From assembly GCF_006345805.1 (NCBI RefSeq), contig NC_043006.1, positions 85,498,001 to 85,562,000 of the forward strand: a DNA stretch of 64,000 nucleotides, in the 5' to 3' direction. This document shows, in pieces, positions 39,520-53,113 of the stretch; within the stretch, counting starts at the first letter, position 1; each line of letters starts with the position of its first letter. The position numbers were made by a program, and so were the translations under genes. This DNA comes from Octopus sinensis (lineage: Eukaryota). The notes beneath the pieces were generated by a model. The model saw nothing but the letters and a program-made list of their open reading frames with translations, had not been told where the DNA came from and searched no databases.

Positions 39520-40122
39520 CAGTGGTTCTCAACTGGGGTCTATATAAGATTTTATTGTTAAAACTCAGGTACAATAAAATTGGTTATACATCTACTATTC
39601 AAAAAAAAAAACCAAAAAACAAATAGGCGCAGGAGTGGCTGTGTGGTAAGTAGCTTGCTTACCAACCACATAGTTCTGGGTTCAGTCCCACTGCGTGGCA
39701 CTTTGGACAAGTGTCTTCTTCTATAGCCTCGGGCCGACCAAAGCCTTGTGAGTGGATTTGGTAGACGGAAACTGAAAGAAGCCTGTCATGTATATGTATA
39801 TACATGTGTTTGTCCCCCCAACATCGCTTGACAACCGATGCTGGTGTGTTAACATCCCCGTAACTTAGCGGTTCGGCAAAACAGACCGATAGAATAAGTA
39901 CTAGGCTTACAAAGAATAAGTCCTGGGGTCAAATTGCTCGACTACAGGCGGTGCTCCAGCATGGCCACAGTCAAATGACTGAAACAAGTAAAAGAGTAAT
40001 TCTTAATACTATTCAATAAAAATATAATAAATGTTTTTTAAACATTGAATGGCTATGGGGGTCCAGTAGCATAAAATAGGAAACAAAGGGGTCCCTAGGC
40101 AAAAAATGGTTGAGAACCACTT
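39520..40122. mobile_element. hAT-type MITE with a nested SINE
   Basis: TIR CAGTGGTTCTCAAC / GTTGAGAACCACT(T). The 8-bp flanks match at only 5/8 positions. Confidence 0.7.
39625..39999 (+). mobile_element. tRNA-derived SINE, family A (full length)
   Basis: AGGCGCAGGAGTGGCTGTGTGG head, B box GGTTCAGTCCC and GTAAAAGAGTAA tail. Confidence 0.9.
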
Positions 40123-42149
40123 CATTTAAGTATTCATATTTTTCTTTTTTTGTCTGGGAAAATTCTCATTGGCTATCTGCATCAAATTTTATATTTATTT
40201 GGATGTGCCAGTGCCGCCTGACTGGCTCCTGTGCTGGTGGCACATGAAAAAGCACCCTTCAAGCATGGTCGATGCCAGTACTGCCTGACTGGCCCTCGTG
40301 CCAGTGGCACATAAAAAGCACCCACTACACTCTTGGAGTGGTTGGCGTTAGGAAGGGCATCCAGCTGTACAAACCTTGCCAGATCATATTGGAGCCTGGT
40401 GCAACCTTCTGGCTTGCCAGTCTTCAGTTAAACCATCCAACCCCTGCCAGCATGGAAAGCAGACGTTAAATGACAATGATGTTGTACCTTGTGTATTTAT
40501 ATATATATATAAATTTTTATAAAGGAATGGTTGATAATAACTTCAAAATTTTGGCTTGCTTGCCATCATCAGAAACTTTGAATTTGAAGTTACTGTCAAA
40601 CCTTTTGCATGAAAAAAAAAAATTTACTTTACTAAAATAATCCTTTGGTTTAATGTTAAATTGTTTTTATATACAATTTAGATATAAAAACAATATATAT
40701 ATATATATATCATCATCATCATCGTTTAACGTCCGTTTTCCATGCTAGCATGGGTTGGATGGTTCGACTGGGATCTGGGAAGCCAGGAGGCTGCACCAGG
40801 CTCCAGTCTGATCTGGCAGTGTTTCTACAGCTTGATGCCCTTCCTAACGCCAACCACTCCGTGAATGTAGTGGGTGCTTTTTACGTGCCAGGGGAAGCTG
40901 GCAACGTCCACGATCGGATGGTGCTTTTTATGTGCCACCAGCACGGCATATATATATATATGAGTGAGTTTATATTTCCATCATTTACATGTCTCTTTGC
41001 TGGTTGCAAACTGGTTTTGCTGTGTCATTTGTTTGCAGTCTATCAGTAAAGTAGGCCCGGTTTTTGGAAATGTTGTATGATCTTTGTAAACAAAAGCCTT
41101 GTTCAAAGGATGTCATTTGTTTCCTGTTCTCCTTCTAAATATGTCTAGATACTTTGCTATTCAATAGACTGAGATTATTATCTCACTTGCAAACAAGTGA
41201 TGGGTTGGTGACAGGAAGAGCATCCAGCTGTAGATAATCTGTCTCCACATAATCTCATGAAATAGTAGATGTTAAAACGATGTTGTCGTGATGATAATGG
41301 TGTGCTCGCTAAACGAACAAATGAACAATTTAAAATATACTGAAAAATTTCGTTTATGAACAGCAAATGAAAAATACAAAGTTTCCTTTTTACTGTTGTG
41401 TGTAAATATAAAATGCACACACACACACACATACACATATATCTTTTTATACAAATGCAATATTATTTGTATATGTGTATTGAAGTATATTTTGATAAAA
41501 AAAACGTTTATGTAAGATAACCTTTGTTTATAATTCCACTTACATGCAACTCTAAAACTACATAAACTAATATTTATGAATAAAGTGAAACAGCTTATGT
41601 GGTAATATATTGTGTTTTTGTTTTTCTTTGCTCATTTCTCTCTTCATTATCATCGTTTTCCCCTATGTTGCTAGTCTGAGTTGTGTAAAGAGGACTCTAT
41701 CCAGAAAGCTGAGCATAGCTCATGTCATCAAAAGCGTTTTATAGCTTGTGCTTAGGTTTACTTCACAGCTTTCTGGTTCCTGGTTCAATCTCATCCCACT
41801 GCACAACACCTCAAGCAAGTTTCTTTTAAGATAGCCTCATGTTGACTAATACTGTCTAAATGGAATTTGTCAGACAGAAACTGTGTCAAGTCTGCCATAT
41901 ATATATATATCGGTTCGGCAAAAGAGACCGATAGAATAAGTACTGGGCTTACAAAGAATAAGTCCCGGGGTCGATTTGCTCGACTGAAGGCGGTGCTCCA
42001 GCATGGCCACAGTCAAATGACTGAAACAAGTAAAAGAAAGATTAAAAGATTATATATAAAATTTAAAGGACTGACCACTAAAAGTGGATGGTCAATATGC
42101 TAGATATAGACATCAAAATCGCTATTTTCCACGAAGAATGTGTTATGTA

Positions 42150-42400
42150 TATATTGATGAGGTTGGTGCGGGTGGTCCTGTCCAACCTTCCCTTGAGCAC
42201 ATCCGTTATGCCATTAAACGCCTTCCATCTGGCCCTTACTCTCTGTGAGATTTCCTTTTCAATATCTTGGCACATATTCAGGAGGACGATTGGGATCACG
42301 TGGATGAGAGAGGCGCGATCCAGAGAGGAGTGGACAGTGTGCTGTGACCAGTGGTGTCAAATGGACGCCTGACGAACTGGTCAGTCAAGGTGATATTTAT
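42150..42400. mobile_element. RTE LINE remnant with a 5' inversion
   Basis: Minus-strand DIEKEISQRVRARWKAFNGITDVLKGRLD abuts plus-strand FRRTIGITWMREARSREEW...MDA*. Confidence 0.65.
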
Positions 42401-42409
42401 TTATATATA

Positions 42410-42625
42410 TATCAAAATGTGACTGCGTGTGTACCGTTGGCGATTTTTTTCCCTCTGTCTTCCCTTCTCTGGATCTTTCCTTTTCCTATGTTTCTGACGA
42501 AGAGCTCCACTCGAAATGTAAAAACCCTCATTCTTCCCTTCCTTCCTGAGCGTCCAATAATACTATATTTGTTCCACGACCTCACGTTGTTGTGTTTTCA
42601 TGTTTGGATTAACTATATATATATA
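42410..42625 (+). mobile_element. Solo PLE pseudo-LTR-like repeat carrying a minimal hammerhead motif
   Basis: Contains the HHR-like core at 42490-42525 and is bounded on both sides by (TA)n. Confidence 0.55.
42490..42525 (+). ncRNA. Minimal type I hammerhead-like motif
   Basis: GTTT CTGACGA A GAG-CTCCA-CTC GAAA TG TA AAAAC. Stem III looks like CG decayed to TG. Confidence 0.5.
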
Positions 42626-43180
42626 TGTGTGTGTGTGTGTAATGTGCATGGCTTAGTGGTTACGATATTTAGCTCACAATTGTAAGGGCACGAGTTCCAT
42701 TCCTGGTGGTGTTTTGTATCCTTGAGCAATTTGTAGATTTTCTAAGTAAGGGCAGCTGTAGTCAATGGTGGATGAAAAATGCATGAGTTAAGGGAGAAAA
42801 GGGGGTGGTAGGAGATGTCTGACAGTGCAGAGCAGCAGAATAGTAATGATGAAGACAGAAGAAGGATGAGAGAGGGATGACATGTTGTTGGGTTGGTTGT
42901 AGGAGTGTGTGTGTATGGGATTAGGGAAAGATGCTGATAGAGTACCTGTGGAAAGAGATCAATATAAAGTAAATATCCAGTTGTGGACAATTCTAGTAAG
43001 TCGGTTTTAAAAAAAATAACAGCAAAGAACAAGAAACTTATTTTCTATATATATATTTTTTTAATACAGTTGTGATTAGTGTCCCCAAAATAACAAGACC
43101 CAACTGTTGAAATAAAAAAAAGATGAAAATAAAAAAAAATGACTGGTCATAATGTGTAACGCCACTGTCTCACTACACTT

Positions 43181-43329
43181 TTAAGAGGTTGATGGTTTTT
43201 CTTTCTTCTTCTCTGCCTCTGTTTTAGCCTCAGCTGCTTCATGTTTCTTAATTAACTCTTCTACATATGAAGCGGGAAGGATCTTGATTTTTGTTTCATC
43301 ATTTTCGCGAGTGAGTTTAGCAATTTCAA
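43181..43329 (-). CDS. PSMA4: PSMA4 coding exon 8 (last)
   Basis: [49 protein letters not shown]. Confidence 0.95.
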
Positions 43330-43467
43330 CTGTTAAATAGGAAAAAAAAAACCCAGTTTATTACAAAAGGTATGTTAAATGTATTAATGTAGTATCAAAA
43401 TAAATAGAAATAATAGCAACTAAGACAACATTTTACTTTATAGAAATAGTTTATTACAAAAGATTTT

Positions 43468-43863
43468 GGATCTTTTCGGTTTGAACGGCAGTTTTTTCTA
43501 GCGGTGTCATATGAAATTGTCACCCATAATTATGACACTAGTATCAATCTATTGCATTTCAATCTGTTTAAGGGTGGGGGGAAGGGTATCTTTTTTTCTT
43601 CAGAAATGTAAATAAACCCAATCTGTTTCTTAAACGAGGGACATATTCATACAGCACAGAATGTTTTCACCTCAATAGACGTCATTGATTGGTTGAAATT
43701 GCAGAAAAAACAACAACAAATATCTTACAAACTATAGAATTTTCTCAATAAAGCCAAGAGAAAAAGATGTTTTATAAACACATTCTACCAGTATACGAAG
43801 TTTAAAAGTGTTTAGTTACGTGGAAATTATTTTAAAAAACAGCTGTTTAAACCGAAAAGATCC
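43468..43863. mobile_element. Merlin-like MITE, second copy
   Basis: Same TIRs as 5889-6311, with perfect 8-bp TSD AAGATTTT at 43460-43467 and 43864-43871. Confidence 0.9.
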
Positions 43864-44476
43864 AAGATTTTTAGATGTATTGATGTATAGAAATGACAGC
43901 AGCTAAGGCAACATGTTACTACATAAGAGTTTATTACATGAGGTTAGCTTTAGTGTATTAACCCACCAGCATTTAAACCGGCCATATCAGGCCCAAATAT
44001 TTTATGATCAAACTGGCTAGATTCAGCCTATCACATCTGTTTGACAATGTCATTCTAAAAATAAACAACCATGTCATTGAAATATCAAAGCTATGAGACA
44101 ATGCATGATGTCTCTAAAAGAATCTGAATAAATAACCATTTGACAGAATAATCTGAATGCTAAAGGGTTAATGTAGTAGTATCAAAGTATACAGAAATAA
44201 GAGCAGCTAACCAAGGTAACGTGTTACTATGTGAGTTTATTACGAAAGATACTAGATGTATGAATGTAGCATCAAACTACACAGAAATAACAGCAGCTAA
44301 TTAAGGGCAAATACATAATTTAAACAAGAAGTTCATATCACAGAACCAAATGTGGTCTTGATTGGGTTAAATTTAAATTTATAATAAAAAAACAAGCATG
44401 CAATTCAAAGACTACAAATTCTTGTTATAATTGACAAAAACAACCAAACCCAAACAAACACTACATTAAATACTGT

Positions 44477-44515
<39 letters not shown>

Positions 44516-44657
44516 GGAAGTAAGAAAAATCAATGAAAATGTACATTGTAAATAAAAAAAGAAAAGGCTTTTTATGAAAGGTAACGACAGATATATACAT
44601 TTAGATGAACTGAGGTAGTAATAAGAGTAATAAAAGTCATTATTATGAGATAATTAT

Positions 44658-46040
44658 CCCTTTCGTTACCAAACCGCCCGTATTTACCTATTCATATTTA
44701 AATGAGAATATCAGAGCAAATCTCTTTAGTACATTCGTGAAAACATGTGATTATACTTCGTAAACAGTTCATCTACAGTTTTGTACAACGATCGAAGTGT
44801 AATTTTAATTCCGTGAATTTTGGGAGATTTTTTCCGAAATTTGTTCCTATTGTGTTTTCAAAATTTGTTATTCTGACAAAAAATGGATACGAATTTCATT
44901 ATATCAAGCAGCGAGTCAGAATTCGAAGGCTTTTCTACTGAAGACCTTGATAAATCTAACTCTATGACTGAAAAAAAAAAGCACGTGGTATTTGATAATG
45001 AATCCGATGTTTCATTTTCCGAAAATGAAACAGTGAATCCGAGAGCTCCAACAGCGATAAAGAAAATGAATTGGCACCTGAATGGAGTAAAAATTTAAAA
45101 ACTTTCTTTCAGTGATTTTTCTGAAGAAACTGGACCAAGCCACAATCTTTCCCAGGAGAGTAAAGCCTTAGACTATTTCTTTTTACTTTTTTGAATGAGC
45201 CTATTTGAAATCATTACAGCGGAAACGAACCGTTACGCTAAATGTAAACAAAGCGAAAGAAAGGATAGTTTGTTATTTCCCACAACCCTAAATGAAATTA
45301 AGGCCTGTTTTGCCATAAATATTATTATGGGTATCAGAAAGTTACCCATAAATATTATTATGGGTATCAGAAAGTTATCCATAAATATTATGGGAATCAG
45401 AAAATTACGGCGGAAACGAGCCGTTACGCTAAATGTAAACAAAGCGAAAGAAAGGATAGTTTGTGGTTTCCCACAACCTTAAATGAAATTAAGGCTTATT
45501 TTGCCATAAATATTATTATGGGTATGAGAAAGTTACCCATAAATATTACTATGGGTATCAGAAAATTACGGCGGAAATGAACCGTTACGCTAAATGTAAA
45601 CAAAGCGAAAGAAGGGATAGTTTGTGGTTTCCCACAACCTTAAATGAAATTAAGGCTTATTTTGCCATAAATATTATTATGGGTATCAGAAAGTTACCCA
45701 GAATAACAAATTCTATAGTAAAATTTTGTTGTATACCCAATTGAATATTAGCTAATAACCCATTTTCTATAGCGATGTTTGAACAAAAATTTTAATAATT
45801 TTATATTTTGTTGAATTTACCTGTATCTACCTGCAATTAGAGTCACTTTGTGACAAAAATTATAGTATAGAATTGGTTGAGAACATTTCATTAAATTATC
45901 TTCCAAAAATCACATTAATATATTGATAAATAAAAAATTTATAGATGTTCAATGAAACCAGACTAAATTTATGATTATGTTAGAAATTAATTGAAACACA
46001 TAAGGGGTGTATTTTGGTCAGAAATATAGTAACGAAAGGG
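44658..46040 (+). mobile_element. Internally deleted piggyBac element in the last PSMA4 intron
   Basis: Termini TTAT|CCCTTTCGTTAC ... GTAACGAAAGGG|TTAA. Transposase N-terminal remnants DYFFLLF.MSLFEIITAETNRYAK...PTTLNEIKA.FAINIIMG.RKLP. Confidence 0.9.
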
Positions 46041-46145
46041 TTAAAGAGATTCAGCATACCGTGGTTTTGTCATGAGCTATTCATTGCTTTGAATGAACAC
46101 CGGCTAATCAATAAACACCTAATATATATATATAAAATCCCTTAC

Positions 46146-46269
46146 CTTTCTCTGATGTTAGTTTGGTCATATCCAATGTTTTGCTAAGGACTTTGATGGC
46201 TAAAGAAAGAGCTTCCTCCAGTGTTATTCCTGCTTCTTTGTATTCTTGTTTTAGCATCGAGACAGCACT
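46146..46269 (-). CDS. PSMA4: PSMA4 coding exon 7
   Basis: [41 protein letters not shown], canonical splice sites. Confidence 0.97.
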
Positions 46270-47317
46270 CTGTGGGTTGAAAATAAAATGATTGTTTAAT
46301 AAGACAATCTTTAAATATCTTTTAATTAATCTCAACTTTGAAAAATGTTAGAGAGTAGCAAAAGAAAGAAATGTAACTTCAGCAAATTAGATAAATATTT
46401 ATCAAACTCTCACCTATTTTCAAGCAAGATATTATTTCTCTTGGTTGGACATGCTCTCATGGAATATTGAAAATGGAAAACTTTGCTTATATGATGGCAA
46501 TACTTGTTTATAATTATTTCATGATGCCAAAACAAATACACATATCATCATCATCGTTTAACGTCCACTTTCCATGCTAGCATGGGTTGGACGATTTTGA
46601 CTTAGGGCTGGCAAACCAGATGGCTGTGCCACACACACACACATATGTATGTGACCTTGTTTGTATGAAGTTTAAGGTGTTTGAGTATCCCTATGGGAGC
46701 CAGAAACGAGTAAGGTGAAGCAGTCATTTTTGCATGAGTCACTTATCTTTTAACTTTTACTTGTTTTGGTGATTATACTGCAACCATACTGGATCACTGC
46801 CTTGAAGAATGACTTAAAACTGTTTTCAGTCATTGGGCTGAGTGTCACACTTTAAACATCATCATCATTTAACGTCCGCTTTCATTGCTAGCATTGGTTG
46901 AACGATTTGACTGAGGTCTGGCGAACCAGACTCCAATCTGATCTGGCAGAGTTTCTACAGCTGGATGCCCTTCCTAATGCCAACCACTCCGAGAGTGTAG
47001 TGGGTGCTTTTACATGCCACGGGCACGGGGGCCAGTTTGGTGGTACTGGCAACGGCCACACCCAAATGGTGCTTTTTATGTGCCACCTGCACAGGAGCCA
47101 GTCCAGCAGCACTGGTGACGACCTCGCTTGAATGTTTCACGTGCCACCTGCACAGGAGCCAGTCCAGCAGCACTGGTGACGACCAGCACAAGTGATAGTA
47201 AGGTGACAACTATTGGGTTGATTCAATCAAATACACCACCACCTAACATTAACGACATCATGCTTATGTCAGAAATAATTAACATGATAATGACATATAA
47301 GAATACACAATACTCAC

Positions 47318-47448
47318 AGCGCTGTTGTTGCCAATGCAAGTTGCTTTCCATCCACCATAATTTCCACTAGGATCACTCTGGTAAAGTTGAAAGCCATAGT
47401 GTTTATCCCAACCCATGTACAGAATGGAAACACCAAATGGTCTTTTAC
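47318..47448 (-). CDS. PSMA4: PSMA4 coding exon 6
   Basis: [44 protein letters not shown]. Confidence 0.97.
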
Positions 47449-47973
47449 CTGAAAATTAATATAAACATGGAAAATTACAAGAAATTTATAAAACACGACA
47501 GTATTAATTTATTAATTCTACAGACAGCTTTATATGGAAGATTGGAACCTTTTGTTAGCTGAATAGACAGAAGTAAATAGAATCATGATCTTTGTTTAAA
47601 GGTACAACAAAATGGTCGAAGTTTAAATTAAAGAATGCTAAAATACATATCAGCTTCAAATTTTGGCACAAGGCCAGCAAGTTTATGGGTGGGGTTAAAC
47701 TGATTACATCAACCCCAGGGGTCAAATTGTACTTATTCTAATGAACTCGAAAGGATGAAAGGTAAAGTCGACCTGGGCAGAATTTGAACTCAGAACGTAA
47801 AGATAGATGAAATGCTGTTAAGCATTTTGCCTGGTGTGCTAACAATTCTGGTACTTATTCTATTCTGTGTAGCGATTCTGGCACTTATTCTATTAACCTC
47901 AAAAGGATGAAAGATAAAGTTGACCTGGGCAGAATTTGAACTCAGAATGTAAAGATGGACAAAATGCTGCTAA

Positions 47974-48382
47974 GCAGGAGTGGCTGTGTGGTAAGTAGCT
48001 TGCTTACCAACCACATGGTTCCAGGTTCAGTCCCACTGCGTGGCACCTTGAGCAAGTGTCTTCTACTATAGCCTTGGGCTGACCAAAGCCTTGCGAGTGG
48101 ATTTGGTAGACGGAAACTGAAAGAAGCCCATCGTATATATGTATATATATATGTGTGTGTGTTTGTGTGTCTGTGTTTGTCCCTCCGACATCGCTTGACA
48201 ACCGATGCTGGTGTGTTTACGTCCCCGTAACTTAGCAGTTCGGCAAAAGAGACTGATAGAATAAGTACTAGGCTTAAAAAGAATAAGTCCTGGGGGTCGA
48301 TTTCCTCGACTAAAGGCAGTGCTCCAGCATGGCCACAGTCAAATGACTGAAACAAGTAAAAGCATAAAGAGGTAAAGAGTAA
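47974..48382 (+). mobile_element. tRNA-derived SINE, family A
   Basis: Near full-length copy nested in family B SINE fragments. Confidence 0.88.
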
Positions 48383-48991
48383 ACCTGTCATGCTAACAAT
48401 TCTACCAGCTCACCACCTTAATGTTAAAATATATACTGAATACGTAAAGTGTTAGACACTTAAAATAAGCAAATTAGTAACTCCAGTTCTCTGAAGCTAT
48501 TTGATTTGGTGTGCATATAAACAGATCGGCTACTTGTTTTTCTGGGATTAGAATGATGAAGGTGATTCTGATGAGACCCTAATAAAAGTTTAAAATCTAT
48601 TAAAGCTGTTCATAATTTTTTTCAGTCTATAAAGAAATACGTGAATTTAACATGTCTGTATGCACGTCTACTATGTAGGTCTACATGTATCATCATTATC
48701 ACTCTATGTCTGTATTCTATGCTGGCATGGGTTGGACAGGATCCGAGAAGCTTGAGGGCAACCATTAGTTTCTAGTGTCTATTTTGGCATTGTTTCTACT
48801 GCTGGCTGCCCTCCCTAATGCTAACCATTTTACTGAGTGTACCAGCTGTCTCTTCTGTGTAGCACCAACACTCATGGGGGTATCAAGTAACTCTCAAGAT
48901 AAGAGTGTTGGGTAGTGATGTATCGAGGGAGGTGGCTTTGAACCAGGTGTAGAGAGACGAGACAGATAGATGGATTGATAGACATACGAAC

Positions 48992-49080
48992 CTCCGAATT
49001 GAGTATAGGACTGCTTTATGTCACAGAGTGCACTCACAACTTGCTCACAAGGCATGGGTTCTGCATATTGTAATAAATAC
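48992..49080 (-). CDS. PSMA4: PSMA4 coding exon 5
   Basis: [29 protein letters not shown]. Confidence 0.97.
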
Positions 49081-49944
49081 CTTTAAAAAAATGTGTAAAC
49101 AATGAATGAAAATAAAACAAAAATTTCAACACAAACATTACTGGTTTAATATATACATATAATATATTATAATGTATTTATCACTTGTTTAACTCTTTTG
49201 TTACCATATTTCTATTGAAATACACTTAGTTTTAATTAATCGTGAAAATAATGAATTTAGTAAAATAACTGTCAATATTAAGCTGGTATTTAGAACATAA
49301 ATTAACATAAAATTTTGATGGAAACTTGCTTAATTATAAAGCATTGATATTCACATTGATTTTGAATTAATCATTCCTTACTTCACACTTTTGAGATTTC
49401 AAAGATAAGATTGTTTATTTTTAGAATGACATTGTAGGCTAGATGTTAGAGGCCAGATTTGGCCAGTTTAAACATAAAACAGGTAGAATATTTGAGTGAG
49501 ATATGGTCAGTTTAAATGCTAAAGGGTTAAGCTTACAGCCACTTCTACCCTTTAGCATTATATCTGGTCAAAATATTCTACCTGTTTTATGTTCAAATCA
49601 ACTAAATGTGGCCTCTCACACCAACCTTACAATGCCATTCTAAAAATAAACAATTGCATTGTTGAAATCTCAAAGCAACAAGATAATGCATGAGTAATTC
49701 AAAATTATATGACTAAGTATGCATAAATTTGACAGAGTAATCTGAATGCTAAAGGATTGAAACAGGAAGTTTATATCACAGAACCAGAGATAGTCTCAGA
49801 TAGTTACTATGAAAAGAGTTAATAATTAAGACTACGCGAAAGTATTGAATATTATTGGCAAACGTCAATGAATCTGCTCATATGGCAGTTCTTGTCTACA
49901 GGACAGTTAGGCAGATTTCAAAACAATTATATTTTACATTCTTA

Positions 49945-50082
<138 letters not shown>

Positions 50083-52098
50083 TTACGGGGCTGGGGATCA
50101 AGCAATCAAATATCACGAGGAAATGGTTAATTTGAAATATTGGTCTGATTAAACATAACAAAGCTAGTTCTATATGAGGAATAACAGAAGTCCACAGGTA
50201 GAATTTGAACTAAGGACACTTAGGTAATCACTCGACCTACAGGACATCTGACCACCACAGCCATCATAAACAAACAAACTACAGTCTGAGGAAATTAGTG
50301 AAGGTCTTCATAGTCAGAGACAAAAATGAAAAGTAAATTAAAATTTGAAAGATGAGATAAGTTTTGTGTATCATGAAGGGAAGTGGATGTCTATGTTTTT
50401 AATTGAAAGGCTCTACCAAATAGCCAAATGCTATTTCATCTTTCTTTATGATACACAAACTTATTTTAAATTGCAAATTTTTTAACAAGAAAAAGTCTGG
50501 CATTTTTCTACTTCAGTCAATTCTATAACCCTATTTGGAATATTGGTCTAAAACTTTGGCATAAGCCCAGCAATTTTCAGGGAGGGGTTAAGTTGATTGC
50601 GTCAACCCCAGTACTTGACTGGTACTTATGATTCTGCCAGCTTGCCATATTCCTATTTTGGAATATTAGAAGAGTCTGGTTTTCGTTCTATTCAAAGTCA
50701 ACCTTAATGGAATATATATTTATGTATTTACACAGGTGGTGAATTGGCCGAGCCCTTAGAGTGTAGGACAAAAATACTCCACAGTATTTGTCCCAAAACT
50801 CGTGTTCAGAGTTCAGATCCAGCTGAGGTCATCTTTTGCCTTTCATTATTTTGGGATTGATAAGGTGGTGAGCTAGCACAATCGTTAGCACACTGGGCAA
50901 GATGCTTAGTGGCATTTTGTCTCTTTATGTCCTGGGTTCAAATTCCGCCAAGGTTGACTTTGTCTTTCATCCTTTTGGGGGTCAATAAATTAAGTACCAG
51001 TGAAACACTGGGGTCGATGTAATCAACTAGTCCTCACCCCTCAAATTTCAGGCCTTGTGCCTTCAGTAGAAAGGATCATTTTGGGGCTTGATAAAAGAAA
51101 GTACCAATCCAAGGCAGCAGATAGGTGGACCTGTAAGAACATTGGATTGGATGCCTTGTGGTCTACTTAGGTGACTGACATAACCTTTTGCCTGGCTTAA
51201 CCCCACCACAAGGTTCCTCGGTTGCCTTTAGTGGAATTCATTCTTTTGTAAGCACTCAGCCAGGTTTCTCATTTGAGGATGCCTTTATCCCTATTCTCAC
51301 CAGTGTCAGAGGTCCTAGAAAGAGTTATGGGCCCCGCCTTCCCTTCCTGACTAAAAAAAAAAAGATTAAAAGAGGTTTTGCAAAACCTTTCATATTCATG
51401 ACATGTACAATATATATATTGTTCGCTTTCCATGCTAGCATGGGTTGGACGATTTTGACTGAGAGCTGGCGAACCAGATGGCTGCACCAGGCTCCAATCT
51501 TGATTTGGAAGAGTTTCTACAGCTGGATGCCCTTCCTTACACATATCATAATTCTGACCCCCATCATCGATATGTCTTCTGACTTTTTGTTCTGAGTTCA
51601 AATCCTACCAAGGCCAACTTTGCCTTTCATTCTTTCCGGGCTGATAAAATAAAGTACTAGTCAAGTTCTGCTATCAATGGTATTGACTAAACCCAACCCC
51701 TCAAAATTTCAGGCCTCATACCTATAATTATTTCAAATTTTGGCACAAAGCCAGCAAGTTTGGAGGAGGGGATAAGTCAATTACATATCGGCCCCAGTGT
51801 TCAACTGGTACTTATTTTATTGACCCTGAAGGAATAAAAGGCAAAATCAACATTGGTGGAATCTGAACCCAAAATGTAAAGACAGGCAAAATACCACTAA
51901 GCATCTTGCCCAGCATTCTAACGATTGTGCTACCTTGTTGTCTTCCTCATGTTCATAATAGAAATGATTATATACTTTAAAGTGTCATCGAGTTTTGTCA
52001 CACATCTACTGCCTGGTCACAGACACAATTTCACTGCAGTCTATTCAAATTCAAATTATCAAAAACAACAAAAGAATGACAGCACAAATTTGACTTAC

Positions 52099-52261
52099 TC
52101 ATGAAGTTTGTAGATTTTCTCTGAGTAAGAGACCTCATCAAGTAGTTTATTGACATTTCTTCTTTCAGCTGCCAAAAGAACTCCATCAGTGGCCAAAATT
52201 CCAAGGCAAGAACCAGCATGTCCAATTGCTTCCATAGCATACTCAACCTGGTACAAACGAC
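52099..52261 (-). CDS. PSMA4: PSMA4 coding exon 3
   Basis: [54 protein letters not shown], part of the proteasome alpha-type signature. Confidence 0.97.
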
Positions 52262-53070
52262 CTGAAAATGAAATATTAAGATGCTTATAAAAAGAATTAT
52301 ATTTCAAGATTTTATTTAAATAAATTACAATTCCTGCTGTTTAACTATGAAATACAATTTAAAATGCTTCTTTTTTAATCTCCAAAGTAAATTACAAAAA
52401 TATTGTTGACTAAAAAGTGAAAACAAAAACTGTCAGTTAAAAAAGATGAAAAGATAAAAATTTAAAATCTCCATTTATATAGGATCCTACTTTGTAAACA
52501 CAATGTAATGGTTTGTAGATGTAGATATTTCAATAATTTATGTGAATATATACCATAACTGTCTAACTTGGGTTAAGGTAGGAAAATGGAAGCAAAGATG
52601 TTTATCAACAAAATAAAGATGTTAGACAGTTCTTCAGAAATACAAAAAAGAGTAAGATTGATTGATATCAGGTATTCACAGTTTAAACATTAACCCTGTC
52701 TGTGACCAATCCTGGTTTTAGACAGGTTAGTATAAATCTTCTTGTTATAAAGTGATCAGAATATCAAGTTAAATTTATATTTCAAAAACTAGTTTAAAAA
52801 TGACAAAGTTTACGAAATTCTTCATTGTTTCCAAAACGAATTGAAACAAAGGTGTATTTCAAAAGGAATATGGTAAGAAAAGGGTTAAGGTAAGTGCAAT
52901 TTGAAATGAGACTTTATAGTGAAATAGTGAAACTAGCTGGAACCACTTTCTTGAACTTTGCAACAAAGTTGTTGGATTTGCACATTTTTTTCAAAGAATT
53001 CTGATTACTTAAAAAATATTTCAAGAAGAAACAAGAGATTTAGTAAAAGAAGAAAAGCAAAACAACCTAC

Positions 53071-53113
53071 CTTCAGGTGAGAAAATGGTAGTTCTGGAAT
53101 CATAACGTCGAGC
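53071..53113 (-). CDS. PSMA4: PSMA4 coding exon 2
   Basis: ARRYDSRTTIFSPEG, canonical splice sites. Confidence 0.96.

Noticed and set aside
39625-39710. tRNA genes
   Set aside because: The A/B boxes are SINE heads followed by SINE bodies, with no complete cloverleaf.
41673-41742. Additional ADCK5 terminal exon (SLSCVKRTLSRK...)
   Set aside because: The acceptor is weak, there is no homology support, and closer candidates exist.
45219-45700. CRISPR-like repeat array
   Set aside because: The context is eukaryotic, the repeats are duplicated piggyBac coding sequence, and there are no unique spacers.
48560-48610. CTGATGAG as a hammerhead core
   Set aside because: No stem II or GAAA follows.
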